A program made the position numbers and the translations under genes. A DNA stretch of 61,305 nucleotides, counting the filler, from Basidiobolus meristosporus CBS 931.73 (lineage: Eukaryota; Fungi; Basidiobolomycota): NCBI GenBank assembly GCA_002104905.1. It is 4 parts of 4 records of this genome, joined end to end, with 100 filler letters (N's around TTAATTAATTAA, not from the genome) between each part and the next. Parts side by side here need not be neighbours in the genome. Positions count along the whole stretch, not along the records: positions 1 to 11,473 come from MCFE01001273.1; 3 more parts are not named here. One strand, written 5' to 3'. The notes below the pieces were generated by a model, which had not been told where the DNA came from, searched no databases, and saw nothing but the letters and a program-made list of their open reading frames with translations. How positions within the stretch are numbered: position 1 is the first letter of the stretch; every line of letters starts with the position of its first letter. Positions 1 through 9,472 of the stretch are shown here, piece after piece.

Positions 1-237
1 AGGGGTTTTTTGAACTTGAAGGAACTGTAATCTGTGTATTTGCATATATACCTGTCTTTAAAACTTTCATCACTACTGCAGCTTAGAAAACACACTTATA
101 TCCAATAGTTTACAAAGTACAACAAGGGTCACATTTTCACTCATGTTTACTAATTGTGAGCAAAATTTAATTGTTTAGTATCTAGGCATTTTGTTTTGTG
201 GTATTCCAAATGGTATTTTCAAGGTAAATTAACTATT

Positions 238-772
238 CTATTCATGCCAAATGAAGGACACTCCTTCCCCCGGCCAGAAGTTGACATAAGTGGTCACATA
301 TGGACCACCATATCCATTGACGTAGTAGTTCCAGTCGCTGGTGTACACACTACCGTCGTCATTGATGCTCTCCACCACTGCGACATGTCCGTACTCATCA
401 CAGCCTTGGTAGCCTGGCTGGATGGCAATGATTGAGGGGACGCGGGACTCATCAGATACAACCCATCCTGGGGTGTTCATGGCACTCTCTGGCCAGGTCT
501 TGGCATTGCCCCACCACTGAGTGTGGTAGCAGGTGAGTTGGTAGTAGCGAGCATCGGCCCAGTCGGTACACTGGCCATTGTCGAAGCGGAACTGAAGAGA
601 ACATTCATTGTAGAGCTCACTGAGCACGGTGAGGTTGTCTTGTACGTCAGCGGGCTTGGTGCAGCTAGATGGGCTCTGAGTGGCAGCAGCAGGCAATGCG
701 TGAATACCGGAGCTCAAGAAGCTAGTTGTGGCCAAGACAGCAGCAGAGAAAAGCGATACAAATTTTAACCAT
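238..772 (-). CDS. Secreted CHAP-domain protein (cysteine/histidine-dependent amidohydrolase/peptidase, peptidoglycan-hydrolase type); reading frame broken by one extra A just after the likely ATG
   Basis: ORF 238..810 contains GQCTDWA (Cys81), GNAKTW, GHVAVVES (His142) and SDWN (Asp159/Asn161), the CHAP catalytic layout. The ORF-track start is GTG. An ATG at 772-770 in context ACAACAAAATGG gives MVKFVSLFSAAVLATTSFLSSGIHALP (signal-peptide-like) if one A of AAAA (plus-strand tttt 763-766) is removed. No intron is needed. Confidence 0.85.
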
Positions 773-819
773 TTTGTTGTGTGGATTTTTAGATGCTGAT
801 CAGGTGCCACAGTGAACAG

Positions 820-827
820 TATTTATA
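820..827 (-). promoter_or_regulatory. TATA box of CHAP gene (TATAAATA)
   Basis: Minus strand TATAAATA starts at 827, 55 nt before ATG 772. The 13-mer GGTATAAATACTG also occurs in the intact copia LTR at 42094-42106. Confidence 0.6.
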
Positions 828-2125
828 CCACATCTAACATATCATATGGTTTCCATAAATTCAATCCCCTACCAGAATCAGCTCCATGTTTCAGGACTGC
901 GTACAAATTTAGAATGTCAATCCTGGTATTCTCTTGTTCGGAGCTCATGACCGTCGTTGCCATATATGGAGCTTAACGTTACAACACTTTCCAATCTCGA
1001 TGGAGCCTAGCCTTTGGTAGTTAGCTAACAATAACCACACTAAAATGAGAAGCTATTGAATTGCTAATATCCAATCACAACAAAAGCCTGTGCTCAGGGA
1101 AAATTTGGCTATATGTGATGGTGGATCTAACAAATTGACTACGGCAAGGGTCATTACAAAGAATAGTGGCACTATAGAATAAAACAGTATTTCCAAAGGA
1201 TGTTCGTAAACATTCATAACCACAAAAGGGAAGAAAAGAAAAGTTTCAATCAATAGAGTCAGGCCCTATCAAATTCTTATTCAAAGCTTCCTACCTGGAG
1301 TGCACTAATAGTCCCAAGTCTGCCCGTTCGAGGAATGCGTTACAAAGTTTATCGTAATTCGGTAAATGTGACAAAGGTAGGGCTTTTTTCAAACCTTTCG
1401 TACCAATGTTTATTTAGGCATGGTATCGCCTCGAACAATAGGCTGTCACGATGCAATCTAGATTCATGATCCGACTCGGGAAATTTCCGCATCTGAAAGA
1501 TGGCGCAGAACGTGGAAAAACCTCGAAAGTGATGGTGTAGTCTTTATGAGCTCTGTAGAATGTTATCAGTTCGATAACGTAGTATTCTTCCAAAACTCTT
1601 CAAATATAGAATATATAGCGCTAATATAAGATTTGATAACATTTACTTCCAAGCCAAGTCACACAGAAGGGGAATACTGTTTGTGTAGCTATCTGTCAAA
1701 CATTTCAGCCAGAGTGCCTATTATTTGTTGCAACCTTCATCGCCACTATTGCTTTATTCCTCTCCTTTGGTTGTTACCATCATCATGAATCTTCCTTTTT
1801 CGTAAAGAAACTGTATACGATTCACGGGATCGGTGCTATGACCTAAGCAACAAACTATCCTCTACTCTTGGCTCAAAGCAGAAGCTTCTTGTATACCGCC
1901 TTTTCATGATATCTGCAGTAATGAATTTCAATACATGAAGTGTGTAGTAATGTCTTGAGTAATCTGGATGCGTCGTCTTTGTGACTCCTGATATGCAAAA
2001 GCAGGCGCTGTAAGTGTAATCACAATATTCATCATATTTATTATTAAAATTGGCATGTCAAAGTATTGCTCACTAAGCTACCGAGTTATCTTTGGACAAA
2101 GGTTCATTATTTTTCGAGAAGTAAA

Positions 2126-2530
2126 TTAGCATCGATTGACTGTCAATTGACCCTTGCTAACATCGTTGACGTTGGGGAAATCAACTGGGACACTACCGCA
2201 CTGGTTACAACCATGGTCGGCCAAGAAGCCAAGAAGTTGACAGGCCTTCCACTTGGGAATAGTGCGGTCTCCCATATTCTGAGTGAAAGCACAGAAGTTA
2301 CGGCGAACAGGGAAGTTGGTGATCTGCTCGTTGACGGTGATGATGTGTTGGCCGTTGCTGAATTGCTGATTTTGGTCACCACCGCATAACTGTCTCATTT
2401 CAGCGATGACATGCCCGGAGTTGGCAACAAAGTCGCAGTCGCTTGAACCTCTGCAGTTGATACCGAGCCCATTTGTGGTACCAATCGAGAGAGCGAAGAT
2501 GGCAGCAGCTGTAGCAATTGACTGTTTCAT
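2126..2530 (-). CDS. Secreted KP4 killer-toxin-like protein (134 aa precursor)
   Basis: Signal peptide MKQSIATAAAIFALSIGTTNG is followed by LGINCRGSSDC...HGCNQCGSVP...NDVSKGQLTVNRC. This matches the Ustilago maydis virus KP4 N-terminus (LGINCRGSS) and C-terminus (HGC..CGS.P..NDVS.GQLTVN). There are 8 Cys in the mature part. The ATG at 2530 is preferred because ATG 2578 overlaps the TATA box. Confidence 0.92.
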   Translation of the reverse strand: MKQSIATAAAIFALSIGTTNGLGINCRGSSDCDFVANSGHVIAEMRQLCGGDQNQQFSNGQHIITVNEQITNFPVRRNFCAFTQNMGDRTIPKWKACQLLGFLADHGCNQCGSVPVDFPNVNDVSKGQLTVNRC

Positions 2531-2577
2531 GATTCGGAACAAAAGTAAAATGCGGCTTTGAACAATGTCTGTTGCCA

Positions 2578-2585
2578 TTTATATA
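2578..2585 (-). promoter_or_regulatory. TATA box of KP4-like gene (TATATAAA)
   Basis: Minus strand TATATAAA starts at 2585, 55 nt before ATG 2530. Confidence 0.6.
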
Positions 2586-3714
2586 GTGGCTTGATTGAGA
2601 CCATGCTGGGACACAACCCCCGCTTCCACGCTGCTTATCACAGGGGACAAGTTTTTTTGCCCCATCCTCCTGTTGTGCTATATTACTAACTGCCCTGTGG
2701 TACCCCACGGCCTGTTCATGCTGTATCCAGTCTACTGTGCCGTTCACCTGCTTTATCAATCAAACGTGATAAGCTAGTTGCCTAACGGTTATTGTTGGGT
2801 ATGATAGCTTCACCACTGCCGCGTGGAGATTTCTGCTAATAGCCCAAAAGGAGGAGCATTGATGTTTACCATGTTTTTCCCCTTTTTTCTAAATCCAGTA
2901 ACTCTGGAGGAGTGGCAATCACAAATCAAAAGCAACCCAATGTGGTCTCCAAATTCGCTATTCAAGGCTATTTTCCCGAAACTTATTAATCATCAATGAG
3001 TACCAGTACGCTCTTACCATCAGCCCGAGAAAGGTTTTTTGAGCTATAATTCCACTTCTACCTCACAGTGATGTCCTTTCATCAATTCAGGGTAATGGAA
3101 AGAGTGTGAACAAACCTTGCCAGTCACATCAAGTTATTCGCTTGGCCTAGTAGCAAACAGTCAACGTGAAACAGAGGTTCTGAAAGACACAGCCAATGTC
3201 TTAGATTTCTCAGTATAAAGTACATCAATTGCCTCATCATCCGATATTTCTAGTAATTGCACTGTAAGTTATGGTGTCCACCTTTGCGTTCTTGCACAGG
3301 TGATTATATTATGGGAAGAGCGGTTGTTTCTTCCAAGTTACCCGGTGCCACATACTAACCTGTCAACCTAATCTTTTTGGCAATTATCCCCACAGGTTGC
3401 ATCAAAGCGCAACACCAACACATATTGAGTAAGGATTGCCTGATGGGAAAAGTTACCACGTTTCAACATTCGACTATTATGGCTGGGATTTGCTCCAATT
3501 TTATAGCGCATAAAAGATTGCTTTTGCGATTTGAGCATTTGACCCACCGAAGTAGGAATAGATATGCACACGATAATTGACCATTCCATTCCTGGTGCCG
3601 CTTGACCAATGATATTTATATTTGGGTGACCAATTTGGAAGTGGGATGCCAAAAGTACCAAATCAAGATTTCTTCTAATCACTCATTGGTCAAAAATGGA
3701 GGAAAGCTAACGAG

Positions 3715-3790
3715 AAGTCTGTTAACCGTTAATTGGCCTTTTCCAACATCTTCGACATTGGAACACCACACTTACGTGGCTCTGAACCAT
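3715..3790 (-). pseudogene. Deleted KP4-like paralogue relic (C-terminal fragment only)
   Basis: Minus 3762-3718 translates SNVEDVGKGQLTVNR (cf. NVNDVSKGQLTVNR in the intact gene), preceded by RKCG in a shifted frame. It is followed by ACTTCTCG, as is the 3' end of the intact gene. Confidence 0.75.
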
Positions 3791-3794
3791 TTCT

Positions 3795-4170
3795 GTTGAT
3801 GACATTCATACTGTAGCTCGTTTGAGACCACACAATGACAGCTTACAAGTTTCTCGTCCCATCCCCCTGTGGTAACCCCATTCCTTACATGCCGCATCCA
3901 GTCTACAGTGCCACTCACCTCATTATCCAATGAGCTTTGCACCTAAATATATATAATGCTAAGATATCTTGATGTTTTCCAAAAGCAGGCTTACAATACC
4001 TTTGCCACTTTACTTCTAAATCTAGCACCATTGGAGGAGTGACAATCATGGATCCAAAGCAACCCAACAGGAACTATAGTTCCACCATTAGAAGCGATTT
4101 TCCCGAGACTTATTAATACCGACTAACCTGGCACCGATTACGCTCTTACCATCGGCTCGGAGTATTTTCA
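3795..4170. repeat. Diverged direct duplicate of the KP4 upstream region (other copy ~2575-3035)
   Basis: Shared blocks include TTGAGACCA, CCCTGTGGTA.CCC, ATCCAGTCTAC.GTGCC..TCACCT, GGAGGAGTG.CAATCA, AAAGCAACCCAA, ATTTTCCCGA.ACTTATTAAT and TACGCTCTTACCATC.GC.CG. Confidence 0.8.
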
Positions 4171-4914
4171 AGGGAGTCAAGTCAATATTCACAGTAAGAA
4201 GAATATGCTGGTATTTCGAATTGTGGTTGAGTTGAGGGAGGGAAATACGGGGAAAGTATTGCCGTAGCGCTTCTAGATGGTTCTTGGGGATAGAGTATCG
4301 TTGATACAATCGCAGTTTGGATTTTATGAATCGTTGTTGGGATACTTAGAGTAGCCTACAGAAATCAGGCTAGATCACAAATAAGATAGCATGCATGATC
4401 CAATTAAAAGATTACGACAAACAACCATCAGCTGTTTGTGTTGCTCTGAGAGACGGCACCATATCCAATTTACATATCCTTCATCTCGTATAAACTGCAC
4501 CCTGTACACAGATCTCTGCCCCTTGACGGTGCCCAGCTTATTTACCGATTATTTGGAAGTTTTGCAAGTAGTGCAGCCCTTCAACTAGGCATATAAGCCA
4601 GACAATTTGGGATAGGGGGTTATAATCACCAAAAGGTGGAATCATTACTTCTATAACTCAAAATACAGAAGTTAAGCACTACACAGGCAGCTTTTTTGCA
4701 AGTAAATTAAAAATAGCCATCTTGATAAACCTTGTAATAAAGGTCACTTGGCTCAAAGGAGTCAAAACAATGTCAGGCTGATCTAGAGGATAACTAAGGT
4801 AAGTGGTTACTTATTGACTAATACATTTAAGTTAAACAAGTAAGGATTGGAAGAGTGTGAAGAAGGACTATGGTGGCAAAGATAGATTGTCCAAAGGTTG
4901 GGGGTGTATGATGC

Positions 4915-5054
4915 TGTAGATTTTGAGATTACATCTAAATATTCACTCAACTTAGTTACTTGGATCATGGTCTACAAATATTGGAGTATCCGTTCCAAAT
5001 TCCTTTTTGGGATTTACTTGGAATATTTCATCATATTATCAGGTGCCCAACACA
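4915..5054 (+). mobile_element. Degenerate copia-A LTR fragment
   Basis: ctaaatattcactcaacttagttacttggatc...ccaaattcctttttgggatttacttggaatattt aligns with the copia-A LTR (e.g. 25370-25480). It ends where the LINE tail begins. Confidence 0.6.
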
Positions 5055-5272
5055 TAAGGGTAGGGGGAGACAGTTGCCATTAGGTGTAATTCTTATTTCA
5101 GTCAAAGCAAAGTAGCCAGTGCCACTGCTGTAGCTTTGATACAAAAGTGTATAGCTGAGAGGAATTGGTAGGTAGGTTAATGAGAGAATATGATAACTCT
5201 GCAGTGCTCAAGACACTGCTTAGAGAGTAGGGGGGTAGTAAGTGTGGTCAGAGTTATTCAACCACAACCTAA
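5055..5272 (-). mobile_element. 5'-truncated LINE family 1 copy (3' end only) with degenerate telomeric-type tail
   Basis: Aligns with 9467-9680 (ggggagacag...ttatttcagt...gtagctttgataca...gtgctcaagacactg). The tail reads taagggtaggggg on the plus strand. Confidence 0.85.
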
Positions 5273-5315
5273 ATAAGGAGAACATGATATGGATTGTTAC
5301 TGTTGCAATATTTTC

Positions 5316-5636
5316 AGAAGTATTGGAAGTGATAAGCAGAACTAGAGGATTAACATGCTATTCACTTGTAGATTTATTGATCAAAAGTATGGTATTTATG
5401 CTTTTGATAGAGTAGAGCAAACAAAGCATAGAGCTTGCTATAGAAGGTCCCAAGAATATGTGTGCAAAGTTTGGGGGCTTTTTGACAACTTTGAGAAAGA
5501 TCATATTCTGGACACCTGATAATTTGGCAAAAATATTCTAAGTAAACCTTAACAAGAAATTTGGTTAGGACATACTGCTAACCAAAGAATAAAATCTAAG
5601 TGGATAGGTTAGCATGAATATTTAGGTGACAACTGA
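5316..5636 (-). mobile_element. Degenerate copia-A LTR
   Basis: tgttgcaat...attggaagtgat...gaaggtcccaagaatatgtgtgcaaagtttgggg...aatattctaagtaaa...gaatatttaggtg aligns with copia-A LTR 26634-26983. Confidence 0.65.
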
Positions 5637-6090
5637 AAAATCATAGCGCTGCCACTCAACATAATATTCATGAATAATAAGTATGTACTAATAGTGTGCA
5701 ATCTGTATTAAGGGTATAAGATTTAACTGTGTTGCAAGCTGGACTAATAAATTATCCAACAATATATGCATTTGAGCTCAACTTTATTGAAAAAGAAATC
5801 TGTAATTCAATGTGAATATATACTTAATAGTATGCCTAAAAATCAGAATGATCTGATCAAAATACTATTCATTAGCTCTGATCAGTTGTACAGGCTTGAA
5901 TAATGATCTGAGTCTAATTGTCAGATTTACATGATGATAAATAGCCTATGGGCTATCAAGTGCTTTGTATTTGAGCAAAGTTGACATACACTTGGTCAAG
6001 TTATGGTTTTGTCACTTACAACAGATCTGGGGTTACCATATTTCCAGGCAAAAGTCTAATTCATTTAGACAACTTAACTGTATGTCCATA

Positions 6091-7140
6091 TTAGGTGAGG
6101 GAAAGTTACCAAGTTGGCAAAACCTTTATTTCAGTTAAGTAGTAATCTAAGTACAAATAAAGAAGCCAATTAAGAAGTCTTGAACCTCTCTAATAAGTAA
6201 TCTAATTTATGTTTTGTTTCATCTCTAATGTTTGTTTCTATAAAGTAAAGCTCATCAGGGGTAAATATAAAATTCAAGGGCTTTGGGGAAAGTGCAAACT
6301 GTAGATGTTTCTGATCAATATAATTCAAGACTGGAACCCAGCCTGGGATTAGGTGCAATGGGAAAGGTGTGTGGACCTGTAAGTAGCTCTGCCACATAGA
6401 TCTTAGATGGTCCTGTGCCAGTAGTCTTGGTTTCTTGGCTGTTTCAAGTTTTGAAGCAAGCTCTGCTACTACAGCAGTGCCAACCAGGGTGTGCCAGCAA
6501 GAAGATTTCAGGGAGGAGTTAGATTTAAGCCATTGTTTGCTGGAAGGGTTATGTAATTTCTGAAGTTTCACTAGGAAGGAAGCATGGAGATAGACCTTTT
6601 GGATTTAGTAAGGGTAAATCCCAAAGGCTCCATTAGTTGTATGGATATAGGGAGATACTGGAAGATGAGGTACCAATGACCTGATACACTGATGGAGAAA
6701 TTTATCCAGGTGGTGAAGTTCTCTGGAGGTTAGGGATATAATGTGGAGACCAAATTCAAGTACCAGCAGTACATACTGCTTCAGAAGTATAGGGATTTTT
6801 GGAATTGGAGTTTCTGGAGTGACTACTACCAGAAGCTTTTTAAGAGCCTGTTGGGCAAGAGGGATCCTATTATTCAGGTAGAGCTTTGAGTCAATCCAAT
6901 GTTGAAAAAACAGCAGACCTAAATATTTTGCAGTTGGTTGTGGCAGAATGCTAGTGTTCTGTATAGTTGTAGTGCACCCATATGGGACTCTCTTGGAAAT
7001 TGAGAGTGAGAGGTTGTTGGCAGCCAAGTACTTCTCAATGATGGCAGTGTCTGCTATGAGATTAGGAGTAGCAATCTTGATATCATCTGCATAGAGAGTT
7101 AGTAGCGGATAAGGAGTGTTGTATCCAAGAGAAAGTGTAA
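6091..7140 (-). mobile_element. 5'-truncated LINE family 2 (RT C-terminal half and C-terminal domain)
   Basis: Minus 7093-7082 encodes YADD (LTLYADDIKIA), continuing into ORFs 6605..7027 (AKYLG, VLEFGL) and 6170..6571. These are homologous to but diverged from ORF 9529..10536. The 3' UTR shares ctttatttcagtt and aaagaagcca with family 1. Confidence 0.85.
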
Positions 7141-7179
7141 TAAAACTCTTGAATGGTTTAACTGAACCAAAGGGACAAT

Positions 7180-7813
7180 TAAGTGCAGAATCTTAGAATT
7201 GTCAGAGAGTGGCGGAAATATTAGCAGAAAGATTCTGATCTAATATTGGTCTTGGATATAGCTGGGTTGGCTATAAAGACAATGATATTTGTTTGCTAGG
7301 CAGGCTAGGCTTGGTGTTCTTTGGAGTGCTAGATATACTAGGCTTGGATAGAAACTAGAACGGAATTGTTGGATTCTTATTTTTGCTGAGACAGAATCTT
7401 AATTTTGTTGAGACACACACTAAACCAAAAGGTTCAGTAAACTTTATTTATACTTTTCTGATCAAGTTGACTTAGTAAGCGCCAAAGGACTGGATTGATT
7501 GAAATAAATTTGGGTGTTCATAGGTGCATAAGATAAATGAAAATTACATCATCAATCAACTGATGTCTTGGTAACTGCACCGTGGTTGGATAGATCTCAG
7601 ATGACTAATCACCTGGGAAGGCTTGGCAGATAGGTTGATAACGTAATGACCATTTGAAAATAGATCAGGTGTGATAGCTAAAAATAGATTCTGAGGTGGG
7701 ATAAAATAAACTGTAACTGGGATTTGTTATGTTTGGGTTAGGGAAAATCAATTAGGGTACTAGATTTTCAAACGGAGTAAAATTGGCTAAGTTTTAAATG
7801 TTGATGCACAACA
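7180..7813 (-). repeat. Chromovirus 3' non-coding region / probable LTR (second copy 11574-12180)
   Basis: Aligns with 11574-12180 over ~630 nt. On the minus strand it starts TGTTGTGC directly after purine-rich GGAAGGAAGTGA containing the pol stop. Confidence 0.6.
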
Positions 7814-9447
7814 TCACTTCCTTCCAGAAGAGGAGTTTTTTGATACCTTCTGGGTTCCTCTGCGGCTCCAATACTGATCAATAATGGCAACATCATCAAA
7901 GTTGGTGTAAGGTTCCCAGGTGTTGTGTTTGGCATCATAGCCTTTCCACTTGACTAAATAAAGGCAATTTGGTTCTTCTCCATCATGGTCCACAATAGCT
8001 TCAACTTCATAGGATTCCGAAGTTACTGGGTCTTGAGAAATAAGTTTGAGTGAAGAAGGTGGAAAGTTTTTGGGTAGCAGTGCTCCAGTGTTATCCTGAA
8101 GTACATAAGACCCTCCAGTAGTGCGTCTGACAACCTTGAATGGTCCTTCATACTTGGGGTCAAGCTTAGATTGCCGGATTGGATCTAGTGTCATGACATA
8201 TGACCCATCTGGGAAGCTGCTGTTCCTGTGTCTTGAGGCATACGTTGAAGTCATCTTTTGCTGAGAGGCCTTACTTCTGGCACTGATAGCAGGGTAGACA
8301 ATGTTGGTAAGGTACTCAAGCCGGTTCTTTGGCTTATCTGTATTTAAACTTGCTAACTCTGTATTCTGGTAGTCTCCAAAGTGGTTGTATCTTCTTCCAA
8401 ACATCAAGGAAAATGGTGTTGATCCATGTAGAGCGGCAATTTTGGTGTTGATAGCATATTGTACAGTCGGAATGTACTTGTCCCAATTCTTCTTGATACC
8501 TTTGATAGATTTCCTGATGATGTTCACTGAGGTCTGAACAAGTCTTTCAGCCAGTCCATTAGCTTTGGGATGATATGGAGTGATCAGACGGTGATCAATG
8601 GTGCTATTCTGGCAAAGGGCTTTGATCACGTGATTCACAATTTCTGTTCCATTATCCGATTGAATGACCTTAGGGAATCCAAAAAGGCAGAAGAGCTTGA
8701 ATAGTTCTTGTGCAATAGTGGCAGCATACTTGTCTGGGATAGCTTTGAGGAAGACAAAACGTGTGCAGACATCCACAATTACAAAGAGGTAGTGATTACC
8801 ATCATCACTAGTGGTGAAAGGTCCAGCTAGATCAATTGCAATATGATCCATAGGAAGGCTGGCATGGATGGGGCTCAAAGGGTGAAATCCATGGTGGCTG
8901 ATATTGTAAAGTTTGTGGGTTATTACTGACTGTACTTGGTGGGTGGGGGAGCTTATAGGTCAAGTCAGTACCACTTGGTTCAGAATAGCTTCCGATAGAA
9001 GGTAGCAAGGTAATAAAGACTTCTGTTTATTTCGTCCAAATCTTGTTGTTCTTCTTGGTTCAATTGGGTAGATATATATATATCATTTGGGGGGGCTTAG
9101 ACAATAGACAATGTGTTATAAAATAGGGGTGTGAACACCTTCCTGTTATGGTAAGTGTTCTAACTAGATAAAGGTAGGGATAGGAGGGGGGACGCGTGGG
9201 GGAATCATAGGGAGGATACTGGAGGACTTCGGGTAGGACTCTGGAGGGAACTCTTGGGAGAACTCTTGGGCAAAGAGTGGGTACTACATTGAGAACTCAC
9301 AAAGTTGACATTCTCTGCACAACTTGACAAATTCTAAGCAGTCAACTTTGATATTTGGCCAGTGATATCCATCAGAGTGTAGCTTCTTCATAAGTGTGTC
9401 AGCTCCAAAGTGGCCAAGTAAATGACTCCTCTGTATCAATGTTTTCC
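7814..9447 (-). pseudogene. pol: Ty3/gypsy chromovirus integrase plus chromodomain, split by a solo LTR and cut by a LINE
   Basis: 9445-9307 encodes RKTLIQRSHLLGHFG...GYHWPNIKVDCLEFVKLCRECQ (HHCC zinc finger). It rejoins in frame after removing 8914-9301 and one TSD copy: LYNISHHGFHPL, then DLAGP, SDNG, GLAER (DDE), GPF motif and YEVEAIVDH...YLVKWKGY...NTWEP (chromodomain). Confidence 0.93.
8914..9301. mobile_element. Solo LTR (388 bp, orphan family D)
   Basis: TGTGGG...CTCACA termini; perfect 5-bp TSD AAGTT at 8909-8913 and 9302-9306; excision restores the integrase frame. Confidence 0.9.
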
Positions 9448-9448
9448 T

Positions 9449-9472
9449 TTAGGGTTAGGGTTAGGGTTAGGG
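9449..9472 (+). repeat. (TTAGGG)4 telomeric-type repeat forming the 3' tail of the LINE, (CCCTAA)4 in element sense
   Basis: Four perfect units lie directly between chromovirus integrase codons and the LINE 3' UTR. Confidence 0.95.

Noticed and set aside
773-810. GTG-initiated N-terminal extension MAPDQHLKIHTTKW of the CHAP ORF
   Set aside because: A bacterial-style start is unlikely in a eukaryote; it lies 10 nt from the TATA box, and a better ATG with a signal peptide exists at 772.
2531-2578. First ATG (2578) of the KP4-like ORF
   Set aside because: Overlaps the TATA box, so it would probably not be in the mRNA; the second Met starts a clean signal peptide.
3040-3700. Possible further genes between KP4 and its relic (ORFs 3368..3682, 3377..3580, 3602..3799)
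   Set aside because: Non-ATG or weak starts, stops in all frames, and no recognisable motif other than the KP4 remnant.
9449-9472. (TTAGGG)4 as a chromosome end or telomere-fusion scar
   Set aside because: Single orientation, only four units, interrupts an integrase coding sequence, and is attached to a LINE 3' UTR whose other copy has a similar tail.
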